A DNA stretch of 43,786 nucleotides from NCBI GenBank assembly GCA_947089095.1, contig CAMUJB010000007.1:1-43786 (forward strand), written 5' to 3'. Positions 9,002 to 18,070 of the stretch are shown here, in pieces. Positions within the stretch are counted from its first letter, which is position 1, and every line of letters starts with the position of its first letter. The DNA comes from an uncultured Clostridia bacterium (GTDB lineage Bacteria > Bacillota > Clostridia > Lachnospirales > Lachnospiraceae). The notes below the pieces were generated by a model, which ran no database searches, was not told the origin of the DNA, and saw only the letters and a list, made by a program, of their open reading frames with translations. The position numbers and the translations under genes are program-made.

Positions 9002-10612
9002 TTACCTTTCGTTACTTACAGGTATTTCCTCTGTTTCCCCAACAGCCCGTTCTAACAGTTCTGTTATTTCTTCCTCCGTCATATAAGAAACACCTGTAAT
9101 CTCTCCTTCTGCATTTCGAATAATTTTAATGCTTGCCGTTCCTTTTGAATTGATATCAAGCATATAAAACGAACTGTCAGGACGCTGATCCTTAATAATG
9201 TTGATTAATTCACCCTGATAATAATAAGATTTCCCATTTTTTTCAATACCATAAGCTGCATACTCCTCAATAAGTGCGGTATCGTCCCAATCCCAGTCTT
9301 TATCGTCCCAGTCAAACCCCCAATCTTCATCATTCCAATCCCCATCGTCCCAATCAAACCCCCAATCTTCATCATTCCAATCCTTATCGTCCCAATCAAA
9401 CCCCCAATCTTTATTATTCCAATTCCCATCCTCCCAGCCAAAATTCCAATTTTTATTATTTCCATTCCAGCCAATATCCAAATTTTTATCAGAAACATAG
9501 CTATCCATTTCATGTCTTTTCTGTTCTGATATTAAAATTTCGCTTTTTTCAGCAGAATCGGAATGGTTTGCTGAAGCAGTTGGATAAACACCAACAAAAG
9601 CTGCTCCAAAGAGTAAACACAGTGTAGATATACCTGTAAAAATCCGAACCGTCTTTGTTTTTTTCTTAAAATTCATAATTGCACCTAACCTTTCTTTTAA
9701 TTGTTTCGCTCCCTCAGTCAAAGTTACCGATGTGAACGATCCTTTACGGAGATGATCGATCTTTAAAAATAAAAGCAAGACATCTCCATACTCACGTCTT
9801 ACGCTGTCATCAAGCATGGCTATAACTGCTTCATCACATGACAATTCACACGCTTTATTTACTTCTTTTTCAAGCAAATAAACAAACGGATTAAACCAAT
9901 GAATACAAATTACAAGCTGTATCAGCCATTTATAAAACATATCCCGCCGTTTGTAATGATTTAATTCATGCATAAAAATATAAGATAACTCTTTCTCCTT
10001 CCATTCTCTAACAGGCAAAATAATACTAGGACGAAAGAAACCAATCATAATGGGCGATGAAATCAAAGAATTACTATATAATTCTACTCTCGTTTTCATA
10101 CTCTGTTTTTCTTCCAAATCAGACAGCAAATTCAATATTTTTACATCTGATATCTCTGTATTGCCAACTTTCATATATTGAATAAAGCCTTGATAAATTG
10201 TCACTTTGCGGACAAAAAGAACTACTGCAAATACTGACCAAATAAAAAAGAGACACGCATATCTATCAAATAACTTCTGTTTAGCAGCATTATTTACAAT
10301 TATATTTTCATTTTCTAGTACCTGTGGTCGTATTGGTTCGTTGTTATCTGTATTTACTACAGCAGACAGCTTAGAACCTGCAGAATTCTCATTTGTTATA
10401 ACAACTGTACGAAACAGTTGAAACAAGCTTCCTACATTTATTGTATCAGGTGTAAAAGGAAGCAAAAACCGCAGCACAACAATGATCCAAATATAATACT
10501 GCCAACGCCTGCTGAACTTATTTTTATATAATGGTTTGAATCCTAAAATAAGCAATAGCAACAGTGTACCGGAAATAGACAGTGACAATACTATTTTCAT
10601 AAATTCATCCAT
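9002..10612 (-). CDS. BlaR1/MecR1-family M56 peptidase-type membrane sensor with a W/D-rich tandem-repeat region
   Basis: N-terminal TM helices, then the M56 zinc motif FMHELNHYKRRD (HExxH). Four repeats of DWGFDWDD(K/G)DWNDE follow. No BlaI-like repressor gene is adjacent. Confidence 0.75.
   Translation of the reverse strand: MDEFMKIVLSLSISGTLLLLLILGFKPLYKNKFSRRWQYYIWIIVVLRFLLPFTPDTINVGSLFQLFRTVVITNENSAGSKLSAVVNTDNNEPIRPQVLENENIIVNNAAKQKLFDRYACLFFIWSVFAVVLFVRKVTIYQGFIQYMKVGNTEISDVKILNLLSDLEEKQSMKTRVELYSNSLISSPIMIGFFRPSIILPVREWKEKELSYIFMHELNHYKRRDMFYKWLIQLVICIHWFNPFVYLLEKEVNKACELSCDEAVIAMLDDSVRREYGDVLLLFLKIDHLRKGSFTSVTLTEGAKQLKERLGAIMNFKKKTKTVRIFTGISTLCLLFGAAFVGVYPTASANHSDSAEKSEILISEQKRHEMDSYVSDKNLDIGWNGNNKNWNFGWEDGNWNNKDWGFDWDDKDWNDEDWGFDWDDGDWNDEDWGFDWDDKDWDWDDTALIEEYAAYGIEKNGKSYYYQGELINIIKDQRPDSSFYMLDINSKGTASIKIIRNAEGEITGVSYMTEEEITELLERAVGETEEIPVSNER
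9270..9480 (-). repeat. 42-nt coding tandem repeats (DWGFDWDDxDWNDE units) inside the BlaR1-like gene
   Basis: Repeated gtcccaatcaaaccccc(a)atcttcatcattccaatcc units can be read directly in the sequence. Confidence 0.65.
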
Positions 10613-10774
10613 TTTCTTTTCTCCAGAAGATTTCCATTTTTTAGTTATTTTTCGAAAAAATATCCCGCTGTAACAAGATTGATATAAAACTTATCTTAAC
10701 ATTATGTAGGTATGTATCTATCTTAACACTTTGTAGGTAATAATGCAATACCCCAAAAAAATTTTTAACCTCAT

Positions 10775-10928
10775 CAAGGAAGTCCCCCGCTTCTAAGCCG
10801 CTAAGGCGAAAGCGGTGGGTGGGGACTTCCTTGTTTCAGTGGGAGTGCAGACTCCCACTGAAAAGCTGCGATAGCAGCTATGAGGTTAGGAGCAAGTAGC
10901 GAAGCGGATTGCGAATATCCGATTTGAC
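10775..10928. repeat. Composite palindromic repeat: A2 hairpin (10775-10833), secondary hairpins (cagtgggagt/actcccactg and gctgc/gcagc), and module B2 (ggagcaagtagcgaagcggattgcgaatatccgatttgac)
   Basis: The same A and B modules recur at 8934, 19634-19709 and 23778-23873 in different orders and orientations. All copies are intergenic. Confidence 0.6.
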
Positions 10929-11029
10929 TATTTTAGAAAAACTAAAAATGTTTCAACAGCAGCTTTCTTCTCTATTTTTTTACGAAATTTCAGAAACGTA
11001 TTTTCCTCTATTGCATAATTAAGGACACA

Positions 11030-11068
11030 AAAAACGGCGTTTCTATTACGAAAAAACGCCGCATCTAT
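11030..11068 (-). terminator. Rho-independent terminator downstream of the MATE transporter gene
   Basis: Minus-strand stem ggcgtt / aacgcc followed by gttttttgtg. Confidence 0.45.
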
Positions 11069-11122
11069 ATAATATTTCACTTTTCTCTATTCTTTTTCCA
11101 TACGGTGTATACCATTCCTTCC

Positions 11123-12454
11123 TTAGATATAATGATACACGGTTCGCTCTTTTATCAGCAGTCCCACTGCCACAATCATAGCTAAAAACTCCGCTGCCAC
11201 AATCGCTGTCCATATTCCGTCTAACCCAAACAAAATCGGCAGTACAATCAAAGCCACGATCTGAAACAGCAGCGTCCGCAAAAAAGAAATTCCTGCCGAC
11301 ACCGCTCCATTGTTTAAAGCAGTAAAAAAAGCAGAACTAAATATATTAAAACCACTAAGTAAAAAGGAAAGAGAAAACAAACAAAACCCTCGCCGTGTCA
11401 TTTCCAGCAATTCTCTATCATATCCCACAAAAATCTTAGTCAGCGGAAGAGACAAAATTTCTGCAAATCCCGTCATACAAACTCCTCCTGCTAACACAAC
11501 CACTACACTTTTACGAAATAAATTCTTCAATTCCTCTCGATTCCCTGCCCCATAGTGAAACCCGACAATCGGTGCACTTCCAATCGAATATCCTAAAAAT
11601 ATCGCAATAAATACAAAATTTACATACATAATCACACCATAGGCAGCTACTCCATTCTCTCCCGCTGCTTTCATCAGCTGCAGATTATACAGCATATTTA
11701 CAAATGACATAGACAGGTTGCTCATCATCTCCGAAGAACCATTGGTGCAACTTTTTAACAACTCTCGTCCATAAAACTTCGTCCTTACCAACCGCAGCCT
11801 ACTGCTGTTTTTTCTTACAAAGTAAAAAATCGGCACAATTCCTCCCACAAAGCAACTCAGCACTGTAGCGGATGCCGCCCCGACAATTCCTAACTGAAAC
11901 ACTGCAATCAGCAAATAATCCATCAGCATATTAGTTACCCCAGCAGCCACCGTTACAATCAATCCAATCTGCGGTTTCTCCGCCACAGCGAAAAAAGTCT
12001 GAAAACTATTTTGAAGCATAAACGCCGTATTTCCAAATAAAAGAATTCTTCCATATAAAACAGCATCTTCCAATAATGCCTCATTTGCCCCTAAAAGCTT
12101 TGCTATCGGACGAATCCATATTACCCCAATAACGGACAAAACGATTCCTGCCGCTGCGTTTACATAGATAAGCATAGAAAAATATTCATTTGCCCGCTGT
12201 GCTTTTCCTTCTCCCATTGTCTTTGCAACAATCGCACTTCCTCCTGTTCCTAACATAAATCCGATTGCACCCATTGCCATAATAAACGGCATAATTAAAT
12301 TAACAGCCGCAAAAGAAGTACTCCCCACATAATTCGATACAAAAATTCCATCCACTACTCCATAGATAGAAGTAAAAATCATCATAACAATAGAAGGCAA
12401 TACAAAACGAAACAGTTTTGCATAAGTAAAATGTTCGGATAATTGAATTTTCAT
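11123..12454 (-). CDS. MATE-family multidrug/oligosaccharide efflux transporter
   Basis: 443 aa with 12 predicted TM helices and a MATE-typical N-terminus (FVLPSIVMMIFTSIYGVVDGIFVSNYVGS). Its ATG overlaps the marR stop (ATGA). Confidence 0.85.
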   Translation of the reverse strand: MKIQLSEHFTYAKLFRFVLPSIVMMIFTSIYGVVDGIFVSNYVGSTSFAAVNLIMPFIMAMGAIGFMLGTGGSAIVAKTMGEGKAQRANEYFSMLIYVNAAAGIVLSVIGVIWIRPIAKLLGANEALLEDAVLYGRILLFGNTAFMLQNSFQTFFAVAEKPQIGLIVTVAAGVTNMLMDYLLIAVFQLGIVGAASATVLSCFVGGIVPIFYFVRKNSSRLRLVRTKFYGRELLKSCTNGSSEMMSNLSMSFVNMLYNLQLMKAAGENGVAAYGVIMYVNFVFIAIFLGYSIGSAPIVGFHYGAGNREELKNLFRKSVVVVLAGGVCMTGFAEILSLPLTKIFVGYDRELLEMTRRGFCLFSLSFLLSGFNIFSSAFFTALNNGAVSAGISFLRTLLFQIVALIVLPILFGLDGIWTAIVAAEFLAMIVAVGLLIKERTVYHYI

Positions 12455-12969
12455 CAGTCCATTTCCTCCTCATTTTCACTTATTTCTGCTTTCCTTTTCT
12501 CTTCACCAGACAGCTTCTCCCAACTTCTATCTAAATTCTTCCGTAAAATCGATAAATACTTTTCGGACAGTCTTAATAAAGTATCTCCCTCCTCTTTTGT
12601 CATCTCACCAAATACCTGACTTTCCGCAATTAAAATAGGACGGATCTTCTGCTCTATTAATCTCTCCCCTGCCTCTGTTAAAAAAATATGCTTATCTCTG
12701 CCTCGCCCTGTTTCTAACCTTAAATATCCTGCCTGCTCTAACTTTCGAATAGAAGAATGGATTGTCTGCTTACTGGTAAAAGTCACACTGCAAATATCCC
12801 TCTGAAGACAGCCATTTCCCAATTCACAGATAGAATATAAAATAAAAAATGCACTGTCGGAAAGTCCGCACTTTAATGCAACTGAATGATACACTTCATC
12901 AAATTCCTGAAAAATCTGATTCAGCATCATCTGTTTTTTTTCATAAATTCTTTCCACAATTTTTTCCAT
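12454..12969 (-). CDS. MarR-family transcriptional regulator
   Basis: Winged-helix region (LRLETGRGRDKHIFLTEAGERL). It is translationally coupled to the downstream MATE gene. Confidence 0.8.
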   Translation of the reverse strand: MEKIVERIYEKKQMMLNQIFQEFDEVYHSVALKCGLSDSAFFILYSICELGNGCLQRDICSVTFTSKQTIHSSIRKLEQAGYLRLETGRGRDKHIFLTEAGERLIEQKIRPILIAESQVFGEMTKEEGDTLLRLSEKYLSILRKNLDRSWEKLSGEEKRKAEISENEEEMD

Positions 12970-12985
12970 ACAAATTCCTCCTTAT

Positions 12986-13038
12986 GTCTGATTTCAGACC
13001 TAAAGAGTATAATAGTACGATTTCAGACTTAAGTCAAG
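12986..13038 (-). promoter_or_regulatory. Putative marR-MATE promoter (TTGACT-17-TATTAT on the minus strand) with a palindromic operator GTCTGAAATCAGAC between the -10 box and the SD
   Basis: The minus strand reads ttgacttaagtctgaaatcgtactattatactctttaggtctgaaatcagacataaggagg. A half-site gtctgaaatcg also sits in the spacer. Confidence 0.4.
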
Positions 13039-16000
13039 TACTTTTTAAATGAAATTGATACCAACCACTCTTCAAATAAAAAACAAGCATTTCCTCCTGC
13101 ATACGCTCTACTCCCTCTAGCCCCTCTTTCCCTTTCTCTAACTGACTCTGTATCGGAAGAATCACGTTTCCTGTTGTATTTGCTGGTATTTGGCACCGAT
13201 AAACGATACTTTTATCTTCCTTTTTCTCCCATTCTGAAACAATTTGTCCATAAACAGAATCATAATACCCCTTTGCATACCAAAGTCCTCCTCCAACAAC
13301 AGGCTTTAAAATCACTTTTTTATACCCGGTTTCTCCCCTTTCCTCAGAAGTCCGAATCCCTAAAACTTCCCGGGCAATCCACTCTCCAACTGCTCCATAG
13401 GCATAGTGATTAAAAGAATTCATCGAGACATCCCCAAAAGTCCCCGTCTGTGCATGATAGGAATCCCACCGTTCCCATATCGTTGTTGCCCCGTTTTTCA
13501 CACTATACAGCCATCCGGGATTTCCTTCCTGCTCCAAAAGCACAAATGCTTCTCTAGAAAGACCAACCTTTGAAAGTGCCGAATTAATATGAGAAATCCC
13601 TAAAAATCCAACTGAAATATGTTCCTTCTGATCCAAAATTGCCTGCAAAAGTCCCCGTGCCGCTCCCTCTAACCGATCCTCTGGAATCAAATGAAAATCA
13701 ATCGCCAATGCATACGCCGTCTGACTGGGATGATTTTGATTTTCCTTTTCATTTGAATAATACGTTTCACAAATAATCTTCCCATTCCGATCGGGATTAG
13801 ACTTACTCATCTCTCCCCAATATCCAAGTGTGCCATCCTCTTTTACCCAAGCCTCACAAAAAGCACGCCGAATACAAGCAAACCGTTCCCTATAAAGCCG
13901 AGCCTCCTGTTCCTTTCCCAAAAGTTCTGCAATCCTCCCCATTAAATCCGCTGTATAAGCCGCATAAGCTGTAGCGGAAAGAATAAATGGCGTTGATTCA
14001 TCTAACGCCAAATGATCGCCTCTTCTCTGCTGCACCTGAAGAAACGGAATCGAAGCCAAATCCGACTGTTCTGGTCTCTCTTTCCCATACACCGTTCGAA
14101 TCCCTGTATTCTGTCTGCTTTCCATACTCTGATATGCTATCCATTGCTGCATCATCTCATAATTTTCTTCCAAAATCCGAATATCTCCATAGGCAAGATA
14201 CAATTCCCAAGGAACAATCACTGCTGCATCTCCCCATCCGTCACAGCCATCTGCACGATTATCCCCACCAAGAGGTGCCGTATCCGGGACAGCCCCCTTC
14301 TTATTATAAAGAAGCTGTGCATCCCGCAAATCCTGAAGCCATTTCCTAAGAAACATACAGACATCCATTAAAAAAACAGCCGTTCCCGCAAATATCTGGG
14401 TATCTCCAGTCCATCCCATCCGCTCATTTCGCTGCGGGCAATCCGTTGGCACAAGCAGTTCATTGCCTCTCTGCCCCCACTCAATATTTTTCCAAAGCTG
14501 GTTAATCAAAGGATTCGAACAAGTGAACGCCCCTGTTACCCGTGTCACATTAGACAAAACCAGTCCCTCCAGCTCAAATTCCTTAGGAATCTCTGAAAGC
14601 AAACTCCCATTCCCTGTAATCTCCACATATCGAAATCCATGCACCGTAAAAGAAGGTACAAATACCTCTCCTTCTTTTGCTCCTTTACAAATATAAATAT
14701 CCGCATTAGCAGCCGTTCGAAGATTCTGAATATACAATTCTCCATTCTTCTTACACATCTCCCCATAACGCAGCCGAAAAGAAGTCCCACGTTCTGCCTT
14801 TACCCGAAGCCGCACTGTTCCAACCATATTTTGTCCAAAATCATAAATAACATGTCCGCTTGGCTTTTCCCAACAAGAAACTGGCTTTATCACCCGTTCT
14901 ATTTTTACTCCCTCTCCAATCTGAGCCGATAATTCCCATTCCGCCTCCTGCTCGAAATTTCCATTTGTTGGCTGAACCAAAGAACCCCACTCTTTCACTT
15001 TGCAGGGCTTCCAAATCTGTTCCAAACCAGAAAAAATCCCTTCTTCCAACCGGGCATCATAACTCTCTCCGTCTAGATAATCCGAATCCATCAGCGGTCC
15101 TTTCCCCGTATACAGCCAAGTCCCATCCGTCTTTATCACTTCCTCTGTCCCGTCTCGATAGGTCACAACAATCTGTGCAAGAAAAGCACTTTCCCGCCCA
15201 TAGATCATAGCTCCCGAATATCCGCAGTATCCTGAATAATACCCCTTTCCCACCATAACAACCATTCTATTTTCCCCTGTATGTAGATAAGATTCCGCCG
15301 AATAAACCTGATAAGGAATTCGAATCCGATAGTCCGTAAATCCTGGTGTCAAATAGTCCTCTCCCACTCGTTTCCCATTCAAATAAATCTGATAACTTCC
15401 ACGAGCCGAAGCATATATTCGTGCTGTCTGAACCTCCCTATCTAAACAAAACTCCTTCTTTAAATGCAGTCCCGGACAGGGACAGACAAGTTCAAATGCA
15501 TTTTCCACCACCAGTTCACTGTTTTTTACTATTCCAAGTGCCGAAAAAACACCTCCGGTCTCAGAAAAATCCTCCTGCACATAAACCTCTCCAGTGATGC
15601 TATCTGAAATCCGAATATTTCGATAAACCGCCCTGCTTTTCAACTGCCGAAATCCAACCGACATAAGAAATGCCCTTCTAGGCTGATTAGAAGGATTCTC
15701 TGGTAAAAACTCCTCTTCTTCCTCTACTATATCCACTCCATTTAATTTTACAATAACAGCTCTTTTCCTTACAAAAAACAAAATCCGCTGCCATCCCTCT
15801 TCCGTCCCGACTGCTACCGCTTCTTCTGAAATCTGATACTTCTTTTCTCGATCTCCCTTCTTTCCCAATCCCACTTTTTTTGCACCTATTTCCGCTTTAC
15901 TGTCTCTATCCCAAGCACCGTCCGAATAATAAAATGCCCTTAACCAACGCTGTTTTAAATTTACCTCAAATAATACATAGTTATCCCGATCCCGTGCTGC

Positions 16001-16507
16001 CACTGCAAATCCTGCTGTATCTCCCTTTCTCACCTGAAAATCCACCTGATAACACCAATTTTCCAAAGCACTTGTATTGATCCCTGTTTCAGGGCTTCCA
16101 ATAAATTCTGCCCCATTCCAATTGTTTTTTCCTGTTCCCATAAGACCGGTTTCAAACCAGTTCCACTCACTTTCAACCGCTTCCCCCTGCTCGTCCCAAA
16201 CAATCACACACCAGCTATATCGTTTTCGAGGCAAAAGTTCCTCTCCCTGATAGCAAACGGCAACCGACTGTGTTGATTTTACTTTTTCACTATCCCATAC
16301 AAACGAAATCGTTTTCGACTCTAATTCCGCTGCTTTTACTGGATTCTTCTCTTCTAACCACTCCCAAACCAAAACTCGATAGGCACACTGAGCCGCTCCA
16401 TATCGTTCTGATTTCATCTGCCAGCTAAAAGCGGGATTTTTTACATCAATTCCGCAAGGATTTTTTTGATATTCTGTTTTTAAATTTAAAATTTGAATGT
16501 GATCCAT
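13034..16507 (-). CDS. Glycoside hydrolase family 78 alpha-L-rhamnosidase
   Basis: 1157 aa. Catalytic-domain motif DCPQRNERMGWTGDTQIFAGTAVF (D-x-P-x-R-E-R-x-GWTGD, typical of GH78), plus N-terminal beta-sandwich domains. Confidence 0.8.
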   Translation of the reverse strand: MDHIQILNLKTEYQKNPCGIDVKNPAFSWQMKSERYGAAQCAYRVLVWEWLEEKNPVKAAELESKTISFVWDSEKVKSTQSVAVCYQGEELLPRKRYSWCVIVWDEQGEAVESEWNWFETGLMGTGKNNWNGAEFIGSPETGINTSALENWCYQVDFQVRKGDTAGFAVAARDRDNYVLFEVNLKQRWLRAFYYSDGAWDRDSKAEIGAKKVGLGKKGDREKKYQISEEAVAVGTEEGWQRILFFVRKRAVIVKLNGVDIVEEEEEFLPENPSNQPRRAFLMSVGFRQLKSRAVYRNIRISDSITGEVYVQEDFSETGGVFSALGIVKNSELVVENAFELVCPCPGLHLKKEFCLDREVQTARIYASARGSYQIYLNGKRVGEDYLTPGFTDYRIRIPYQVYSAESYLHTGENRMVVMVGKGYYSGYCGYSGAMIYGRESAFLAQIVVTYRDGTEEVIKTDGTWLYTGKGPLMDSDYLDGESYDARLEEGIFSGLEQIWKPCKVKEWGSLVQPTNGNFEQEAEWELSAQIGEGVKIERVIKPVSCWEKPSGHVIYDFGQNMVGTVRLRVKAERGTSFRLRYGEMCKKNGELYIQNLRTAANADIYICKGAKEGEVFVPSFTVHGFRYVEITGNGSLLSEIPKEFELEGLVLSNVTRVTGAFTCSNPLINQLWKNIEWGQRGNELLVPTDCPQRNERMGWTGDTQIFAGTAVFLMDVCMFLRKWLQDLRDAQLLYNKKGAVPDTAPLGGDNRADGCDGWGDAAVIVPWELYLAYGDIRILEENYEMMQQWIAYQSMESRQNTGIRTVYGKERPEQSDLASIPFLQVQQRRGDHLALDESTPFILSATAYAAYTADLMGRIAELLGKEQEARLYRERFACIRRAFCEAWVKEDGTLGYWGEMSKSNPDRNGKIICETYYSNEKENQNHPSQTAYALAIDFHLIPEDRLEGAARGLLQAILDQKEHISVGFLGISHINSALSKVGLSREAFVLLEQEGNPGWLYSVKNGATTIWERWDSYHAQTGTFGDVSMNSFNHYAYGAVGEWIAREVLGIRTSEERGETGYKKVILKPVVGGGLWYAKGYYDSVYGQIVSEWEKKEDKSIVYRCQIPANTTGNVILPIQSQLEKGKEGLEGVERMQEEMLVFYLKSGWYQFHLKST

Positions 16508-16561
16508 TTTTTCCTTCCTTTTCTTTCTCTTTTATCGTTTATAAGGGAATTCCGAGGGGAC

Positions 16562-16793
16562 GCCAGAGTGCAGTAGAGCAGCACTGTTCCGCTCTACGGA
16601 AAGCAGAACTTCTAAGACTTCTGAATAGACGTGTATACCACCGGACGGATCGGGGTGCAATTCGCCCGTACAGCGGGCTAAACACACCCCTTTTTTGCCA
16701 TTCAAGAATGGCAAAAATCCTAGTGAATCGACAGAAGTCTAAGAACTTCTAGCTTTCCTCCGAAGTCACAGTGCTGCTCTACTGCACTCTGGC
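16562..16793. mobile_element. MITE-like palindromic element C1 (232 nt) with perfect 26-bp terminal inverted repeats and nested sub-hairpins
   Basis: TIR gccagagtgcagtagagcagcactgt / acagtgctgctctactgcactctggc. Internal IR pairs: agaacttctaagacttctg / cagaagtctaagaacttct; ggggtg..cacccc; tttttgccattcaagaatggcaaaaa. A diverged inverted copy lies at 19830-20075. Confidence 0.55.
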
Positions 16794-17273
16794 TATTCCT
16801 TCCTGCCTTCTAGTTTCTTTGTTCTGCCGTTTCTACCTTCTACCGTGTCTCTGCCGGTTTCCTTCAAATATAGGAACCCAATCGGTTTATCATTATCAAC
16901 TGTGCAAAAAAATACTTTATCTTTGCTTTCTGCAAGATACTTTTCTCTCGTCTCTGATATTCTGAATCATTCTGGAAGAGCCTCAAGGACAAACCTTGAA
17001 AACACTAAGGTTGTCATAGATGAGTTTTTCCCTGGTGTTATATCTTCCCGCAGGACATTATAAATTCTGATAAAGGGAAAATGAGAGAAACAAAATTATA
17101 TAAAACATTATAACACAAAATATGCGGGTATGCACGAGAGAGATTATAGAGAAAGAGATCCATCTGACCGACACAGTCATTTACGGTTACTTGATATTTT
17201 ACGGTTCATCTTTCTTCTTGGATATGTCCACACGGTTCTATTAGTTAGTTAAAATAAGACCTATTTAACATAC

Positions 17274-17326
17274 TTGACATAGGGAAAATAAAATGATATA
17301 ATTAGAAACATTCAAATGTATCTAAT
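17274..17326 (+). promoter_or_regulatory. Consensus sigma-A promoter (TTGACA-17-TATAAT) with a palindromic TetR-type operator overlapping the -10/+1 region
   Basis: ttgacatagggaaaataaaatgatataat, followed by aattagaaacat-tcaa-atgtatctaatt (12-bp arms, 1 mismatch). Confidence 0.55.
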
Positions 17327-17342
17327 TGTAAGAGGTGAGCTT

Positions 17343-17990
17343 ATGGCACGAAATAAATATCCCGAAATCACAGAAGCAAGGATATTGGACACAGCGACAA
17401 AACTTTTTTTAGAAAACGGGTGGGAGCGGACCACTATTCAAGATATTGTTGACGAATTAGGCGATATGACACGCGGAGCGTTCTATCATCATTTTAAGTC
17501 CAAAGATGAAATCATAGACGCTGTTACAACCCGTATCTTTATGGGGAACAATCCCTTTAAGGCAGTAGAAGAAATCAAAGATTTAAGTGGGCTTGAAAAA
17601 ATAAAGCATTTCTTTAAGTTTTCCCTACAGCGTAACGATACCATAAAATTCAGTGACGTTGCGGGAAGCGTATTAAAAAGTCCCATTTCTATTGGGAAAC
17701 AGGTCTTAGACAGTATCAATAATATGGCACCCTACTTTACGGAATACATCACAGAGGGCATAAAAGATGGTTCCATTCATGTGAACAATCCAAAGCAAAC
17801 AGCCGAAAGTATGATTTTGCTTGTAAATGTCTGGTTCAGTCCTTTTGTATTCTCCGATACGAAAGAAGATTATATGAAGAAGTATGAACAGTTGAAACTG
17901 ATGTATGAAGGGATAGGGCTTCCGCTGTTTGATGATGAACTGCAATCGTTATTTGAAAACTTATATGACAGGATTGCTGCACGCCAGTAA
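17343..17990 (+). CDS. TetR/AcrR-family transcriptional regulator
   Basis: N-terminal HTH ARILDTATKLFLENGWERTTIQDIVDELGDMTRGAFYHHFKSKDEI. RBS agaggtgag is followed by ATG at 17343; the ORF-track start at 17316 lacks an RBS. Confidence 0.85.
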   Translation: MARNKYPEITEARILDTATKLFLENGWERTTIQDIVDELGDMTRGAFYHHFKSKDEIIDAVTTRIFMGNNPFKAVEEIKDLSGLEKIKHFFKFSLQRNDTIKFSDVAGSVLKSPISIGKQVLDSINNMAPYFTEYITEGIKDGSIHVNNPKQTAESMILLVNVWFSPFVFSDTKEDYMKKYEQLKLMYEGIGLPLFDDELQSLFENLYDRIAARQ

Positions 17991-18034
17991 GATATAAAAA
18001 GCTGCCGTTTTATTGGCAGTTTTTATATAAGGAA

Positions 18035-18057
18035 ATACATACATTCATATGTATTAA
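18035..18057 (+). promoter_or_regulatory. Second copy of the TetR-type operator core (ACATTCATATGT) upstream of the chimeric transporter ORF
   Basis: aatacatacattcatatgtatt shares the ACATTCA(A/T)ATGT core with the operator at 17308-17319. A terminator-like hairpin gctgccgttttattggcagttttt lies at 17999-18024. Confidence 0.4.
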
Positions 18058-18070
18058 AGGAGGATAAAAA

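Noticed and set aside
9205-9627. ORFs 9205..9513 (-) and 9274..9627 (+) with repetitive G/I/M or N/P-rich translations
   Set aside because: They are alternative-frame or antisense readings of the DWGFDWDD tandem repeats in the BlaR1-like gene.
13034-16507. Rhamnosidase region as a horizontally acquired island, because it appears more GC-rich than its surroundings
   Set aside because: The difference is modest by eye and consistent with gene-specific codon or amino-acid composition. I cannot quantify it without computing windows.
16532-16714. 60-aa ORF inside element C1, and the matching peptide segment inside ORF 19667..20074 in C2
   Set aside because: Both lie wholly within palindromic MITE-like repeats. 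The shared peptide is explained by the shared DNA, and there is no RBS.
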